In this document: in pieces, positions 39,683 through 53,132 of the stretch
How positions within the stretch are numbered: position 1 is the first letter of the stretch
Layout of the letters: the number at the start of each line of letters is the position of its first letter
DNA from: Octopus vulgaris
Taxonomy: Eukaryota
DNA: 64,000 nucleotides
Assembly: GCA_951406725.2 (NCBI GenBank)
Contig: OX597830.1
Coordinates: forward strand, 72,974,001 to 73,038,000
Direction of reading: 5' to 3'
Program-made: the position numbers and the translations under genes
Notes under the pieces: generated by a model
What the model was told of the DNA's origin: nothing
The model's database searches: none
What the model saw: only the letters and a program-made list of their open reading frames with translations

Positions 39683-41220
39683 AGCCAAGTCGGAACAGAT
39701 ATTTTTCACGAGGCATTCCTGTTGCTACCTCGGCAATATCTAACCTAAAATTTTCAAATCGTCGCACTCGCGCCAAATTTATCGGCAGCAAATAAATATA
39801 AGCCGCCGATTCCATTACGGAATGCTAACCAGAAAATTCATAATTAATCAATATAGGTGCCACACTAAATTGGCAAATAATCGTTACTGTATATATGTGT
39901 CTGCGTGTGTGTGTGTGTATGTGTGTGTATATATATATATATATATATACGTATGTATATGTATATATGTACATATATATATAAATAAATTTACATGTAT
40001 ATATATATATATACATATTTATGCGTGTGTGTTAGTGTCTGGGTGTGCGTCTGTGTGTCTGTGTATGTAAATGTGTATATACACACAGATATATACGCAC
40101 AGGTCCATGTGTGTGTCTTATGCCAAGCATATTCAAATTAACAAATTCACAATAAGAAATGTTGATGGTAACTTTATTTCGTATTGCATAGTTTATCCAA
40201 TGCCACAACATTTGAAAGCACAACCGTACTAAATAATGTATACCGATCCACCCCCGCACACACCATGTCATATCTGATCATATCACAGCGTGAATATGCA
40301 TGGGTATCGTGTAAAACAGAAATATGACGTTTGGCTGGAACTCTGGAGAGAAACCAATCTTGTTTGTTATTTTGAGTCCCTTGCGTTTTCCTGTATAAAC
40401 TGTTTACATTTTGTTCATATTTTATTCCATTTTTTTTCGGTTTGCCATAATATTTATAGCGAATATTTTCCACTTCTCAGTCTCAAGCTTTCTTCCTTTT
40501 CTTTTTTGTTTTGTCTTAGTCCTTAGTCTTTTTTTTTTTCATATTCCTTTGTCTCGTTATTGTTGTTGTTGTTGTTATTCTAGTTGTCGTTATGGGTCAA
40601 CAAAAGAAAAATTGTTTGAGGCGGATGAGAAAATTGAAATGAATATCTGGGCAAAATTGGTTTCTCTTCGATAACATCAAAAGAAATCGAGATTGTGTCA
40701 GTGGGGCGCCCTGAATCCTTCTATCTGATCAAAACGAGAAACGTTTGAAGACGTAAAAGCAACCGAAGCTGAAGTAAGACGTCTAAACACATATTCCTAT
40801 GACTACAAACTGTGTCAATTCTTCGGAAGAAGACGTTAGATTATGAATAAGATATATAGAAAGTAGAGAAGATTGGTCTATTACGTTACCGTTTTACTGT
40901 GCTTTGTATGCTTCTAATATATTCTGTAATGTCTGCGTTATGTTCCATTGTGGTTGTGAGGTCACAGTCTTTTGTAGTCTATGTTTTCTATACGGTTGTT
41001 GCTTATGTAGTCGTTGTTGTTGCTTAATATCCAGTTATTGATCGAACAGACGTATGAATAAAGGCTTCCCGCCTCGACCATCTCGCTTATTTCCTTGGCA
41101 ACCTACGCCGATAATCTAGAAGAGTGATCAGAAGGAAATTGGTTGCTATTTCTAGTGGGTCAGATGAATACGTGACTCATTGGTTCGCTCGAACAAGTTC
41201 TTATTTTGTTCTGTATTTAT

Positions 41221-41346
41221 AGGTGCAGGAGTGGCTGTGTGGTAAGTAACTTGCTTACCAACCACGTGGTTCCGGGTTCAGTCCCACTGCGTGGCACCTT
41301 GGGCCTTGTGAGTGGATTTGGTAGACGGAAACTTAAAAGAACCCCG

Positions 41347-41396
<50 letters not shown>

Positions 41397-41602
41397 ACAT
41401 ATGTGTTTGTGTGCCTGTGTTTGTCACCCAACATCGATGCTGGTGTGTTTACGTCCCGTAACCTAGCGGTTCGGCAAAAGAGACTGATAGAATAAGTACT
41501 AGGCTTACAAAGAATAAGTCCTGGGGGCGATTTGCTCGACTAAAGGCGGTGCTCCAGCGTGGCCGCAGTCAAATGACTGAAATAAGTAAAAGAGTAAAAG
41601 AG
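41221..41602 (+). mobile_element. SINE group B
   Basis: Head, internal (TA)n and tail AAAGGCGGTGCTCCAGCGTGGCCGCAGTC. Confidence 0.9.
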
Positions 41603-41659
41603 TATATGTATAATGTCACACACTCACACATATGCCCACGCACGCACACACACACATAT

Positions 41660-41750
<91 letters not shown>

Positions 41751-41751
<1 letters not shown>

Positions 41752-41852
41752 CGGGAAGCTTTATGAAAATAAACAAAAGACGAAGGCAGGTGGAAAACAA
41801 ACGAACAATTGTATTAGTATGGCGCTCAGGAAATATAAATAAAACAAGTCTT
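41751..41852 (-). mobile_element. Truncated copy of the hammerhead-bearing short element
   Basis: AAAAGACGAAGGCAGGTGG...TGTATTAGTATGGCGCTCAGGAA matches 60013-60105 and stops at AAGTCTT. Confidence 0.65.
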
Positions 41853-42562
41853 CGAATTTTGATAAAAGGCCAACAATTTCGAGAGAGGGAAAAAGTTAGT
41901 TACATGTACCTCACTGCTTCATTGGTAATTATTTTATCGACCCTTAAAGGGATGTCAGCAAAGTTAGCCTTGGTGGAATTTGAACTCGGAATACGTAAAC
42001 GAATGAAATGTAGCTAACGATTAAGCCAACTCACCGTCTTATTCATAAATGTATTTTAATGTTTATTTGTATATGTGGTTGTATGGAAAACTAACGTAAT
42101 TGGCAACTGAAGGACTTCTCATTTTTTTTGCATATTACATGTTTACAAATCATTTCGATGGGAAAAGTTGACAGTGACTTCGAAGGTTCAGGTTACTCCA
42201 CAGTCCGATGATGGCGAGCAAGTCTCTGTTGACCGTGTCCTAGTAAAACATTTACACACACATACACACACACATACTTATTGTGAGTATAGGTTCGCAT
42301 GCGTGTGTATTAAGTAATAGTTATAAATAATACTAAATCTATCTGTGAGTCACAGACATGCTCTCACACGCTTTCACACAAAAGTAATTGGTTCCATAGA
42401 CCTCGGTTTTAAATCTGCCTTTATGGTGTTCTGCAAGAGAGAGTTGTCTGATGGAAAATGGGGAAAGCGAGAGAATGCAATTTGGAAAAGACGAGAGACA
42501 GAGAGAGGGAGAGAGAGAGAGAAATAGATGGAGAGAGACAGCAATAACATGTAGAACGCTAT

Positions 42563-42603
<41 letters not shown>

Positions 42604-43081
42604 TTTTTCCAACATATATACTCTCACTTTCATCATTTCCCATCATACAACTCTCTCTTTCTTTCTATCTGTCTTCACACTATACACAGCTGTCACATGG
42701 CCTTAATACACAGACGTGCCAGACAACTGACCAACCATCCCTTTCGTTTTCTATGAGACATGCTTCAACCGATCAATCGATACGTCAACTTATAGCGATC
42801 TGTACCCACATTCACACTACAAAAACTGATTTGTTTTAGGACAACGACCAGAAACGATCCAGTTTCCGACGCAGATCCGCGTCCTCCAAATGTGGCACTT
42901 TTCAAAATCATACCAATAGGAAACTGGTTAAGTGTATATTACTATTCATTTCAAATTTTGGCACAATGCCAGTAAGTTCGAAGTTATTTTCAAATTTTAA
43001 AGCCAATTTGCTTTTGCGTATTTATAAACAAACATGACTATCTCCATGTCAATATTAGTAAGTATATGATGTCTGTTTGTC

Positions 43082-43400
43082 AAGGTGCTTGGCATTGAGA
43101 TTAGCATATTCGACTCACGATGTTAAGATCGTGATTTCGATTCCTGGCGGCGCATTGTGTCCATGAGCAAGACACTTTATTTTACGTTGCTCCTTTCCAC
43201 TCAGCTGGCAAAAATGAGTTTTACCTGTAATTCAAAAGGCCAGTCTTGTCACATTCTGTATCCCGCTGAATCTCCTTGGGAATTATGTAAAGGGTACGCG
43301 TGTCTGTGGAGTGCTCAGCCACTTGCACATTAATTTCACGATCAAGCTGTTCCGTTGACCGGAAGTACTGGAAGTCTTGTCGTCGCAACCGACAGCGTAC
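43082..43400 (+). mobile_element. SINE group A' with tail type 2, older copy
   Basis: Colinear with 53133-53462. Confidence 0.85.
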
Positions 43401-44092
43401 CGGTTATGAAATGTACGTGTATTAATTGTAGAGTGTTTTATCATTGCATTGGGAATCGTTTATCTGCAATATTTCCGACTAAAGAAAGTAAGTACTAACG
43501 AAAAGGGTTTAAAAAAAAACAAAAAACAAATAATTCTGAAATAAAAATTCTTCGAAGTGCGCACGAAAACATACCGATTCTGAAATAATTTTTCCGTTGA
43601 TCCGAGTCGGAAGGCGAAAAGTAATAATGAAGTGAAAAAAAAAATACCGTTAAATAACAGAATAACAAATTAGTGTTTCAACACTGATAGATCAAAGGAA
43701 AAATGTACACTGTGTTTGTACAAGAATGAATGCCAGATAAATTCTTTACTATGCAAATCAAAATATCATCTACTCTTAGTTGACTTGAAAAAAAAAACAA
43801 CCGTGGTAAAAGTCTATCGCTAACAGGATCCACTGTCTGCAAGCAATAAAATATTAAAAGAATACAAACGAAGAAATTTGAGACTATGTGAGAAATATAT
43901 ACAGTCAGTGATAATAATGTCGGTGAGATTGTTAGGCAGAAGGAGGTGGTTTAAAAGAGAAAGTAAGAGTTTAAAAGAGGGGGAAATTTAGAGCTAAATA
44001 AAGATGGAATAAGAAATACAGAAGGATGAAGTAAAAGAATAAAAAAAAAAGGAGATAAGCTGAAATATAAAGAAATATTGTGAGAGGAAACG

Positions 44093-44140
<48 letters not shown>

Positions 44141-44378
44141 AAACCAGCAACAGAATTGGAATCAAACAGAAAGATAAAAGGAGATTTCCGTTCTACACAA
44201 GCAAATAGATGGGAAAGTGTTGTTTATGTAAATTTATTGGTTAATAAATATGTAAATGAAGGTTTAAATGAGAGAGGGAATGAGTGAGAGAAAATATCCG
44301 AAGAGAAAGAAAATTTTACTGACAGAGAGAGTGAGAGAGGTAAAAGGAAGCCAGAAACATATATATTTATACACACAC

Positions 44379-44462
<84 letters not shown>

Positions 44463-44558
44463 GTTAACCAAATACAAAAGCGAAGTATAGATGCGTGTTT
44501 GTATGAGTGTGTGTGTGCGTGTATGTATGTATGTATACATGCACATATATAATATATA

Positions 44559-44611
44559 TATGTCTGTATTCGCATATGTATGCATTCGCGTATATATATC
44601 TAAATATATAT

Positions 44612-44645
<34 letters not shown>

Positions 44646-44689
44646 TGTGTGTGTGTGTGTATGTGTGTATGCATTTGGATATATGTGTG

Positions 44690-44745
<56 letters not shown>

Positions 44746-44875
44746 TATGTGACAATTATTCGGTGGCCAAGATAAAACTCTGAGTTTCGGATGCTGAGGT
44801 GGAAATCCACACCAACATCTCTTCGGTTATCTGAACCTCAGAGTTTTATCTTGGCTACCGAATAATTGTCACATA

Positions 44876-44920
<45 letters not shown>

Positions 44921-45014
44921 TATATACACACATATATCCAAATGCATACACACACACACACACATATATATATTTAGATATATATACGCGAATACATATG
45001 CGAATACAGACATA
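44559..45014. repeat. Long inverted duplication (foldback); arms 44559-44792 and 44829-45014
   Basis: TATGTCTGTATTCGCATATG...CATATGCGAATACAGACATA and ATGTGACAATTATTCGG...CCGAATAATTGTCACAT are reverse complements. Confidence 0.92.
44770..44832 (-). ncRNA. Type I hammerhead-like motif (U4C core) at the foldback turn
   Basis: AGATAA CCGAAGA GATGTTG gt GTGG attt CCAC ct CAGCATC C GAAA CTCAGAG TT TTATCT: 6-bp stem I and 7+4-bp stem II. Confidence 0.78.
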
Positions 45015-45098
45015 ATTTCCTCTATTTACATAATATTGAAGTCTCTTTCTTTCTTTTGTTATCTTACCGTTTTTACCAATATATATATATATATATAT

Positions 45099-45202
<104 letters not shown>

Positions 45203-45367
45203 ATATATTTGTTCCTTATCTTCTTGTTTTAGTCAATAGACTGTAGCTATGCTGGGGCACGACCTTGAAAATATTTTAGTCGAATGAATCACCCCTAGTA
45301 CATATTTTAGTAATCTTGGTGTTTATTCTATCGGTATATTTGTATATTTTACCGCGGTTCAGTGGAC

Positions 45368-45465
<98 letters not shown>

Positions 45466-45974
45466 AGACATAAAGAAAAGCCAGATAAACTGCGGTATTC
45501 GTCCTCAGAAAAAAATCACTTACATGCGCATTATGATTTAACAGCAAAAGAATATATCAGTAACAGGCGAAAACCATTCAGTAAGCGCGGGGATTTTGCT
45601 TGGTCGCTAGCAAGTAGCTACTGGTAGCTGCATCGGATGACAAAAATCTTTTGTTACTATTATAGGAAACCGGTGGTTGTAATGTTTTACGTGCAGTATG
45701 TACGCTGATAGTTTAAAGTATCTGTCTGTATATCATACTTAATTTGCAGACATTACGAAAAGCCAAATGAGCTGCTCAAAAGGTATAAACATCTACATTG
45801 CATTCATCCTATAAAATCCATTTAAGGATTATTGTATGTATTACTATGCTTATCCTACATTATATCGATACAACTCGATGCAACCCCAAAATAGAATAGG
45901 AGCTTTATTTCCATGTTCAAAACGTTGCCCGTTAACAAGCTTAGAAGATATGTGTGTGTATGCGTGTGTGCGTG

Positions 45975-46022
<48 letters not shown>

Positions 46023-46158
46023 CAAAAATGGGACAACAAAACATCCAGATAGACGATATATATATATCTGTGTGTGTGTGTGTGTGTATGCATGTATGTA
46101 TATATGTATATATATGTATATATATATATATATATACATAGACACACACACACATATG

Positions 46159-46192
<34 letters not shown>

Positions 46193-47145
46193 GATGTTTT
46201 ACGAGCGAGTAATGATGTAATTATTCAATAGAATTTATAAAGATAACGTTCTTCAGGATGTAGAAGACCATTTTGGGGTTGAAATAGAAAAAAAGGGAGC
46301 CTGAGATAATACGTCTAATTATATGTATAATAAAACAAGTAGTATTTCAAAATCCAACCAAATTACGTTTTGGATAATTTGGTTCCTGTTTTTTTTGTTT
46401 TTTTTTTTTGCTGGTTGAGCGACCACATATCGACGATACCGTTGGCATCTTACATACATTAGTTAAGCACATAGACGCCATGATTAATGAACGTAAATTC
46501 GTTAAAAATCCGTCTCCGTGAATTTGATCAGTGAATGTACTTTTATAAATCTTGACAATAGATATTTCCTGACAAGAGTGATTATAGCTTTGTTCAGTCA
46601 AGAACGAACAGTAACAACAACAACAACAACAACAAAAACAACAAAATGAACGCCGACAACAACAAAGAACGAGAACAGAAGCCACAGTTAATGTGTATAC
46701 ATTAGTAAATATAATGTCAATCGATCTATTTACATACTAAATAAATATCCTTGAGCAATCAACAGAAATGAGGAAAAAAAATCGAAATTCACTGTCACGA
46801 AGATTAAACAAAATCGATTAATTCTCACCATTATAAGTGACGCTGATCAATACCATTGGTATATCGATATGCTAATGAATAGAAGAGGTTTAGAAATTTA
46901 TTTAGCAAAACGTAATCGTGGTCTATGTCAACAAAAATATTTTGTTGAACATTATATGTTTCATGTATCCTGTTATGTTAAAATATCACCCCACCCCCCA
47001 CCCGCGCATGCACACACATACATACACACACAGACTCCCATATTTATACACACACACACAAAACAAAATTCATATTTGTCCGTATACATATAAACTCCGT
47101 CTCAGAGATGATTATATATTCAAGTGCGGTGTTGCGTTCTTTAAA

Positions 47146-47203
<58 letters not shown>

Positions 47204-47371
47204 TTCCAATACCTTATGGTATTGGTATCATATATGTATACCATTCTCCCTAAATAATGGATCTACAGATGCAATATCCCTGCATATCTCACATCTATTT
47301 TCATACCTCCACTTCACTCTCTATTTCGTATCTTATCTAAATTAACAATTGCTTCACTATTTCCTCACACC

Positions 47372-47419
47372 GTCTCCGATGAAGGGATATAATAAATATT
47401 CTGGAAACAGCTGTAAGAC
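47372..47419 (+). ncRNA. Type I hammerhead-like motif (U4C core)
   Basis: GTCT CCGATGA A GGGATAT aataa ATATTCT G GAAA CAGCTG TA AGAC; palindromic ACAGCTGT stem III. Confidence 0.72.
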
Positions 47420-47933
47420 CTTCTATTTATAAATGTTCTAAAATCTTCACAGCCTTGTTTTTTTATCTCATTACGGAAATTTTTTTATATATACACACGC
47501 TGATATATGACCTACGTTGGACCCCTTATTCGCATAATCACCCGAACCTGGAACCTATGTTCTGTCCATAGCATTTATACAGCAATACCTGACACCTTTG
47601 GGTCTCACTGACATCATTACCTCTCATAACTTACATACATATATATATATATACATACATAAATATGTATGTGTACGCTGTCTATGTGTGTGTTAGCGTG
47701 CGTGCCTGTGTGTGTGTATATATATATGTGTGCGTGTGTGTGTGTATTATGCATCCTTTTCTAGTTATCTTCTTTGCTCAATGCTGGTTTCATTAGTATT
47801 CAAAAGTACGTAGTAGGCCGTGTCACGTGACATTCGTGACAGTGCAGCCATCTTCTCAATACAAATCTGTAAAACCATTACTATTATCAGCAGCATCACC
47901 ACCATCATCTTCGACATCATCATCACCACCACC

Positions 47934-47965
<32 letters not shown>

Positions 47966-48632
47966 TTCTATTTGTTGTACTGACTTTGCTTAGTTTTTAA
48001 TACGATTTTATTTCATTTATTCTTTTTTTACGTTCTAAATACTTCAAGAACCGTCGTCTCTTTTCTCAGCATATTACAAGAGAGGGAGTAGAGATAAGGC
48101 TTTTTCACTGGTGAATGAGACATAAATGTTAGTAAGCAAAAAAATCTTGGAAAGATTAACTATATTTATTTAACGGGTAAGTATGGGTTTTATGAGTCTA
48201 GCTCTACCTTTTACAAGTCGCTTACGATGTTTGGTGTACGGGGTGAGTCGAGATATTTTCTTTAATGTGTTTCTAGATATTAGGGATTTTGGGTGCTTTG
48301 AACACAATATTTTTGGACTTGGCTTTTGACTTCCATTAAGTAGGTTTTGTGCAAGTGTAGGTGTTTATGCTTGCTTGTATGCATGTATGTACGTGTGCCA
48401 GTATGGCTACAAACACTGTGCTTATATTTGCAATTGTGTGTGTCTATGTAATTCCAAAGTCAGGATCATTTGTTGCTAACAAAAATTATCTGTATTTTTT
48501 TACCACATATATGCATATGTGTTTGTGTATGAGTGTGTATGTATGTATGTATGTATGTATGTATGTATGTATATGCATGTATGCGTAAAATGTAGACATC
48601 TATAAAGTATATACACATATGTATATATATAT

Positions 48633-48717
<85 letters not shown>

Positions 48718-48906
48718 TAAATATATATATATATGTGCGTGTGTGAGTATACAAGTGTGTGTGTGTGTAGTTATAAGGTCCAAGAATCAAAGTGTATGAA
48801 GTTTGTAAGCTTCGAGCAGGTCATGGTAGGTATAAAACACAACGTTCAGGAACAGTAATAATCTATTGGCGTCGAAAGTTGTAGGCATTTCCCAAACCGA
48901 AGTTCG

Positions 48907-48977
<71 letters not shown>

Positions 48978-48983
<6 letters not shown>

Positions 48984-49192
48984 TAATCCAAACAAGAAAG
49001 CACAAAAAAAAACACAACAACGCGAGGACGTGAAACAAATATAGTATTAGTGGACGTTCAGGAAAGAAGGAAAGAAGGAGGGTTTAACGTTTCGAGCGGA
49101 GCTCTTTGTCGGAAACATAGGAGAAGGAAAGATCCAGAGAAGTTAAGACAGAGGAAAAAAATCGCCAACGGTACACACGAGGTCACATTTTG
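48978..49192 (-). mobile_element. (TA)n-flanked short PLE-pLTR-like element with minimal hammerhead variant (motif 49082-49116)
   Basis: GTTT CCGACAA A GAGC tcc GCTC GAAA CG TT AAAC. Confidence 0.65.
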
Positions 49193-49210
49193 ATATATAT
49201 ATATATATAT

Positions 49211-49600
49211 TCTTTTATTTGTTTCAGTCATTTGTCTGCGGGGCATGCTGGAGCACCGCCTCTAGTCGAACAGCTCAACCCCAGGACTTATTCTTTGTAA
49301 GCCTAATATTTAATCTATCGGTCTTTTTTGCCGAACCGCTAAGTTACGCTATTTATGTATGTATGTATGTATGTATGTATGTATGTATGTATGTATGTAT
49401 GTATGTATGTATGTATGTATGTATGTGCGTGTGTGCTTGTATGCCTGTGTTTGTCCCCGTAATCTAGCGGTTCGGCAAAAGGCTCTAATAGAATAAGTAC
49501 TAGGCTTACAAAGAATGAGCCCTCGGGTCGATTTGCTCGACTAGAGGCGGTGCTCCAGCATGGCCACAGTCAAATGTCTGAAACGAATAAAAGATTAAAA
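49211..49600. mobile_element. Two group B SINE 3' halves in inverted orientation around (TATG)n
   Basis: 49211-49348 (-) and ~49455-49595 (+) are reverse-complementary. Confidence 0.85.
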
Positions 49601-49672
49601 AGTGTAACATATATATACACGTGTGTGTATGCGTTTGTGTGTATGTGTGTGTTTGTGTGTGTGTGTGTGCGT

Positions 49673-49740
<68 letters not shown>

Positions 49741-49963
49741 TTGTGTCTGTGTGTGTGTGTGTGTGTGTTTGTGTCCGTGTGTTTGTGTGTGTGTGTGTTT
49801 AACTATATACTATAAAACATGTATCTTTGTGTATGACTGCAGAGAAAGAAAATGGAAGCGGTATGAAGGAAGTAGTAATTCACCAATAAGAAAGTTGAAA
49901 GGAAACTAGAAGGTGGAAGGTGAGATAGTAAACATGGAGTAATGAAAGGAAATGGAGTTAACG

Positions 49964-50358
<395 letters not shown>

Positions 50359-50368
50359 TGAATTTTAT

Positions 50369-50752
50369 GGAGGCGCAATGGCCCAGTGGTTAGGGCAGCA
50401 GACTCGTGGTCATAGGATCGCGGTTTCGATCCCCAGACCGGGCGTTGTGAGTGTTTATTGAGCGAAAACACCTAAAAGCTCCACGAAGCTCCGGCAGGGG
50501 ATGGTGGTGATCCCTGCTGTACTCTTTCACCATACTTTCTCTCACTCTTACTTCCTGTTTCTGTTGTACCTGTATTTCAAGGGGCCGGCCTTGTCACTCT
50601 CTGTGTCACGCTGAATATCCCCGAGAACTACGTTAAGGGTGCACGTGCTTGTGGAGTGCTCAGCCACTTACACGTTAATTTCACGAGCAGGCTGTTCCGT
50701 TGATTCGGATCAACCGAAACCCTCATCGTCGTAACCGACGGAGTGCTTCCAC
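50369..50752 (+). mobile_element. Full-length SINE group A, tail type 2
   Basis: A and B boxes; 15-bp TSD ATGAATGAATTTTAT at 50354-50368 and 50753-50767. Confidence 0.95.
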
Positions 50753-50923
50753 ATGAATGAATTTTATAAAATCATGGAAGTAAAAATGAAGTAGAAGAGG
50801 AAGGAGGATAGAAGATAGGACTTATAGTAGAGTGGGAAGGTGGTGGAAGAACTATAGAGAGAAACATGGTAGGAAGGAAGATGATACTAAATGAAAGGTT
50901 TTGACTATATCTCGAATGAGTAT

Positions 50924-51500
50924 ATTCTTTTCTATTCTAGCCACAAGGCTCGAAATTTCGGGGAAGGAGCCCAGTCGATTAGATCAACCTCAGTATGCAA
51001 CTGGTACTTAATTTATTGAACGCGAAAAGATGAAAGATAAAGTCGATCTCACGGAAATTTGAACTCAGAACGTAAAGACAAACGAAATACCTATTTCTTT
51101 ACCACCCACAAGGGGCTAAACACAGAGAGGACAAACAAGGACGGACAAACGGAATAAGTCGATTCTATCGACCCCTGTGCGTAACTGGTACTTATTTAAT
51201 CGACCCCAAAAGGATGAAAGGCAAAGTCGACCTCGGCGGAAATTGAACTTAGAACGTAACGGCCGACGAAATACCGCTAAGCATTTCGCCCGGTGTACTA
51301 ACGTTTCTTATTTTTTATTGCCCATAAAGGGCTAAATACAGAGGGGACAAACAAGGAGAGAGAAAAGGATTAAGTCGATTAGATCGACCCCAGTGCGTAA
51401 CTGGTTCTTAATTTATCGACCCCGAAAGGATGAAAGGCAAAGTCCACCTCAGCGGAATTTGAACTCAGAACATAAAGACAGGCGAAATACTCGCCACCTT
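50924..51500 (-). mobile_element. SINE group C trimer inside a single TSD
   Basis: Three bodies; 12-bp TSD TCGAATGAGTAT at 50912-50923 and 51501-51512. Confidence 0.88.
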
Positions 51501-51649
51501 TCGAATGAGTATTTTGAAAAAAGAGGTGTAGCATTAATTACATGCACATAATATGTATACTTGTATACGTGCCTACATATATAGATATACATACACATGT
51601 GTATGTATACATATATCTTTTTCCTCTCTCTCTCTCTCTCTTTTTCTTT

Positions 51650-51687
<38 letters not shown>

Positions 51688-52692
51688 ACACATGCATAGA
51701 CACACACACACACTCACACGCATACGAGCACACACATATGAACTCACATATATGTCGTTCCTATGAAACCTGCAATTAGCAAGTACAAGGATAGAAACTA
51801 GGAAAGACAGAGATAGAGAGGGAGACGGAGAGATACAGAATGACTGAGACAGAGAGAGAGTGTGTTCGAGAAAGCTACAGAGAGAGAGAGAGAAAGGCAG
51901 ACTCAAAATATTATTCTTTATGGTAGAACTCATGATGCTGCCCCAAGATGGCCACACACCAGATGGCTGAAACCAGTAAAATGTGTAAAAGAGTGAAGAA
52001 TAATACTATACGATGAAGAGTAATGATTTTTTTAAGAATATTAAAGAAAGAAGGAAAACACAAAGTTGATGATAGAGCAAACAAAACAAAAAACAATTAA
52101 ATATATAGAATAAACAAAAAAAATAAATAGACATTTTAGAAATGAAACAACAGAAACGAACTCTAAATATGAAAAAAACCCAAAAAACAATGAAAAATAA
52201 TATAATAAAATAAAGAACGAAATAAAAATAAATAAATACAAAAGAAAATTATAACGTGAAAAAAAAAATAACCGCAAAATTGCACAAAGTGACGAAAAGG
52301 AACAACGGATGCAAATGAAAAAAATGAAAGAACTGAAAGAACTGAAAATAAAAGCAAGAATTTCCAACTGTTTTGCTTATTTGATTTACGGTTATACAAA
52401 CAATCAGTTATTCTTCCGCTCTTGTATAAACATAGGATCGGTTTCAAGTTTGGAGTTTAGCACCCGGCATGTATTTGCCTGTTTGTCTATTATTTTTTTT
52501 TTTATTTATTTACTTGTATTTATTTTAGTATATTTCTCTTTCTTTTCAATTATAGGTTGTTGTTGTTGTTGTTGTTGTTGTTGTTGCTGTTGTTTTATGT
52601 ATATGTTTTGTCGGAGGAATTTGTCTTAGTGAAGGAGGTACAAAGTGATATGAAAATAGTTCTTTTGGTGGTTTTTGTATAATATAGGAGGG

Positions 52693-52738
<46 letters not shown>

Positions 52739-53132
52739 GTGTGTGTGTGTGTATGTATACACACACATGCAAGTAACACATACAGAGACACACAAAACAA
52801 GCATGAATGCATGAAAGCATTTGCGCACTTAATACCACACGCACAGCCTATATAATTGCTCGCAAATACACCCCTTCAGCAGGAAACTGGCCCTTATGAG
52901 CCAGGCATAGCTCGAGAAGGAACAAACATACATACTTATATGTGTGTGTACATATGTGTGTGTGTATCTGTACATACTCCTTTCTCTCTTTCTCTCTCTC
53001 TCTCCCTTTCTCTCTCTCTCTCTACATTTTAGCAATCGAACACGGACTATATTGAACACTCATACATTCAAGGCCATCTTTAGTCGATCAAACTCCCTAT
53101 GCAGTTGTGCAATTATCCCTATCTCTTACCTA

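Larger units (their letters stand above)
38851..39689 (-). mobile_element. Retrozyme/pLTR-like element: two ~260-bp direct repeats (38851-39115 and 39429-39689), each with a hammerhead
   Basis: Near-identical repeats with a few substitutions and a small indel, separated by a 313-bp spacer; flanked by (TA)n/(TG)n. Confidence 0.8.
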
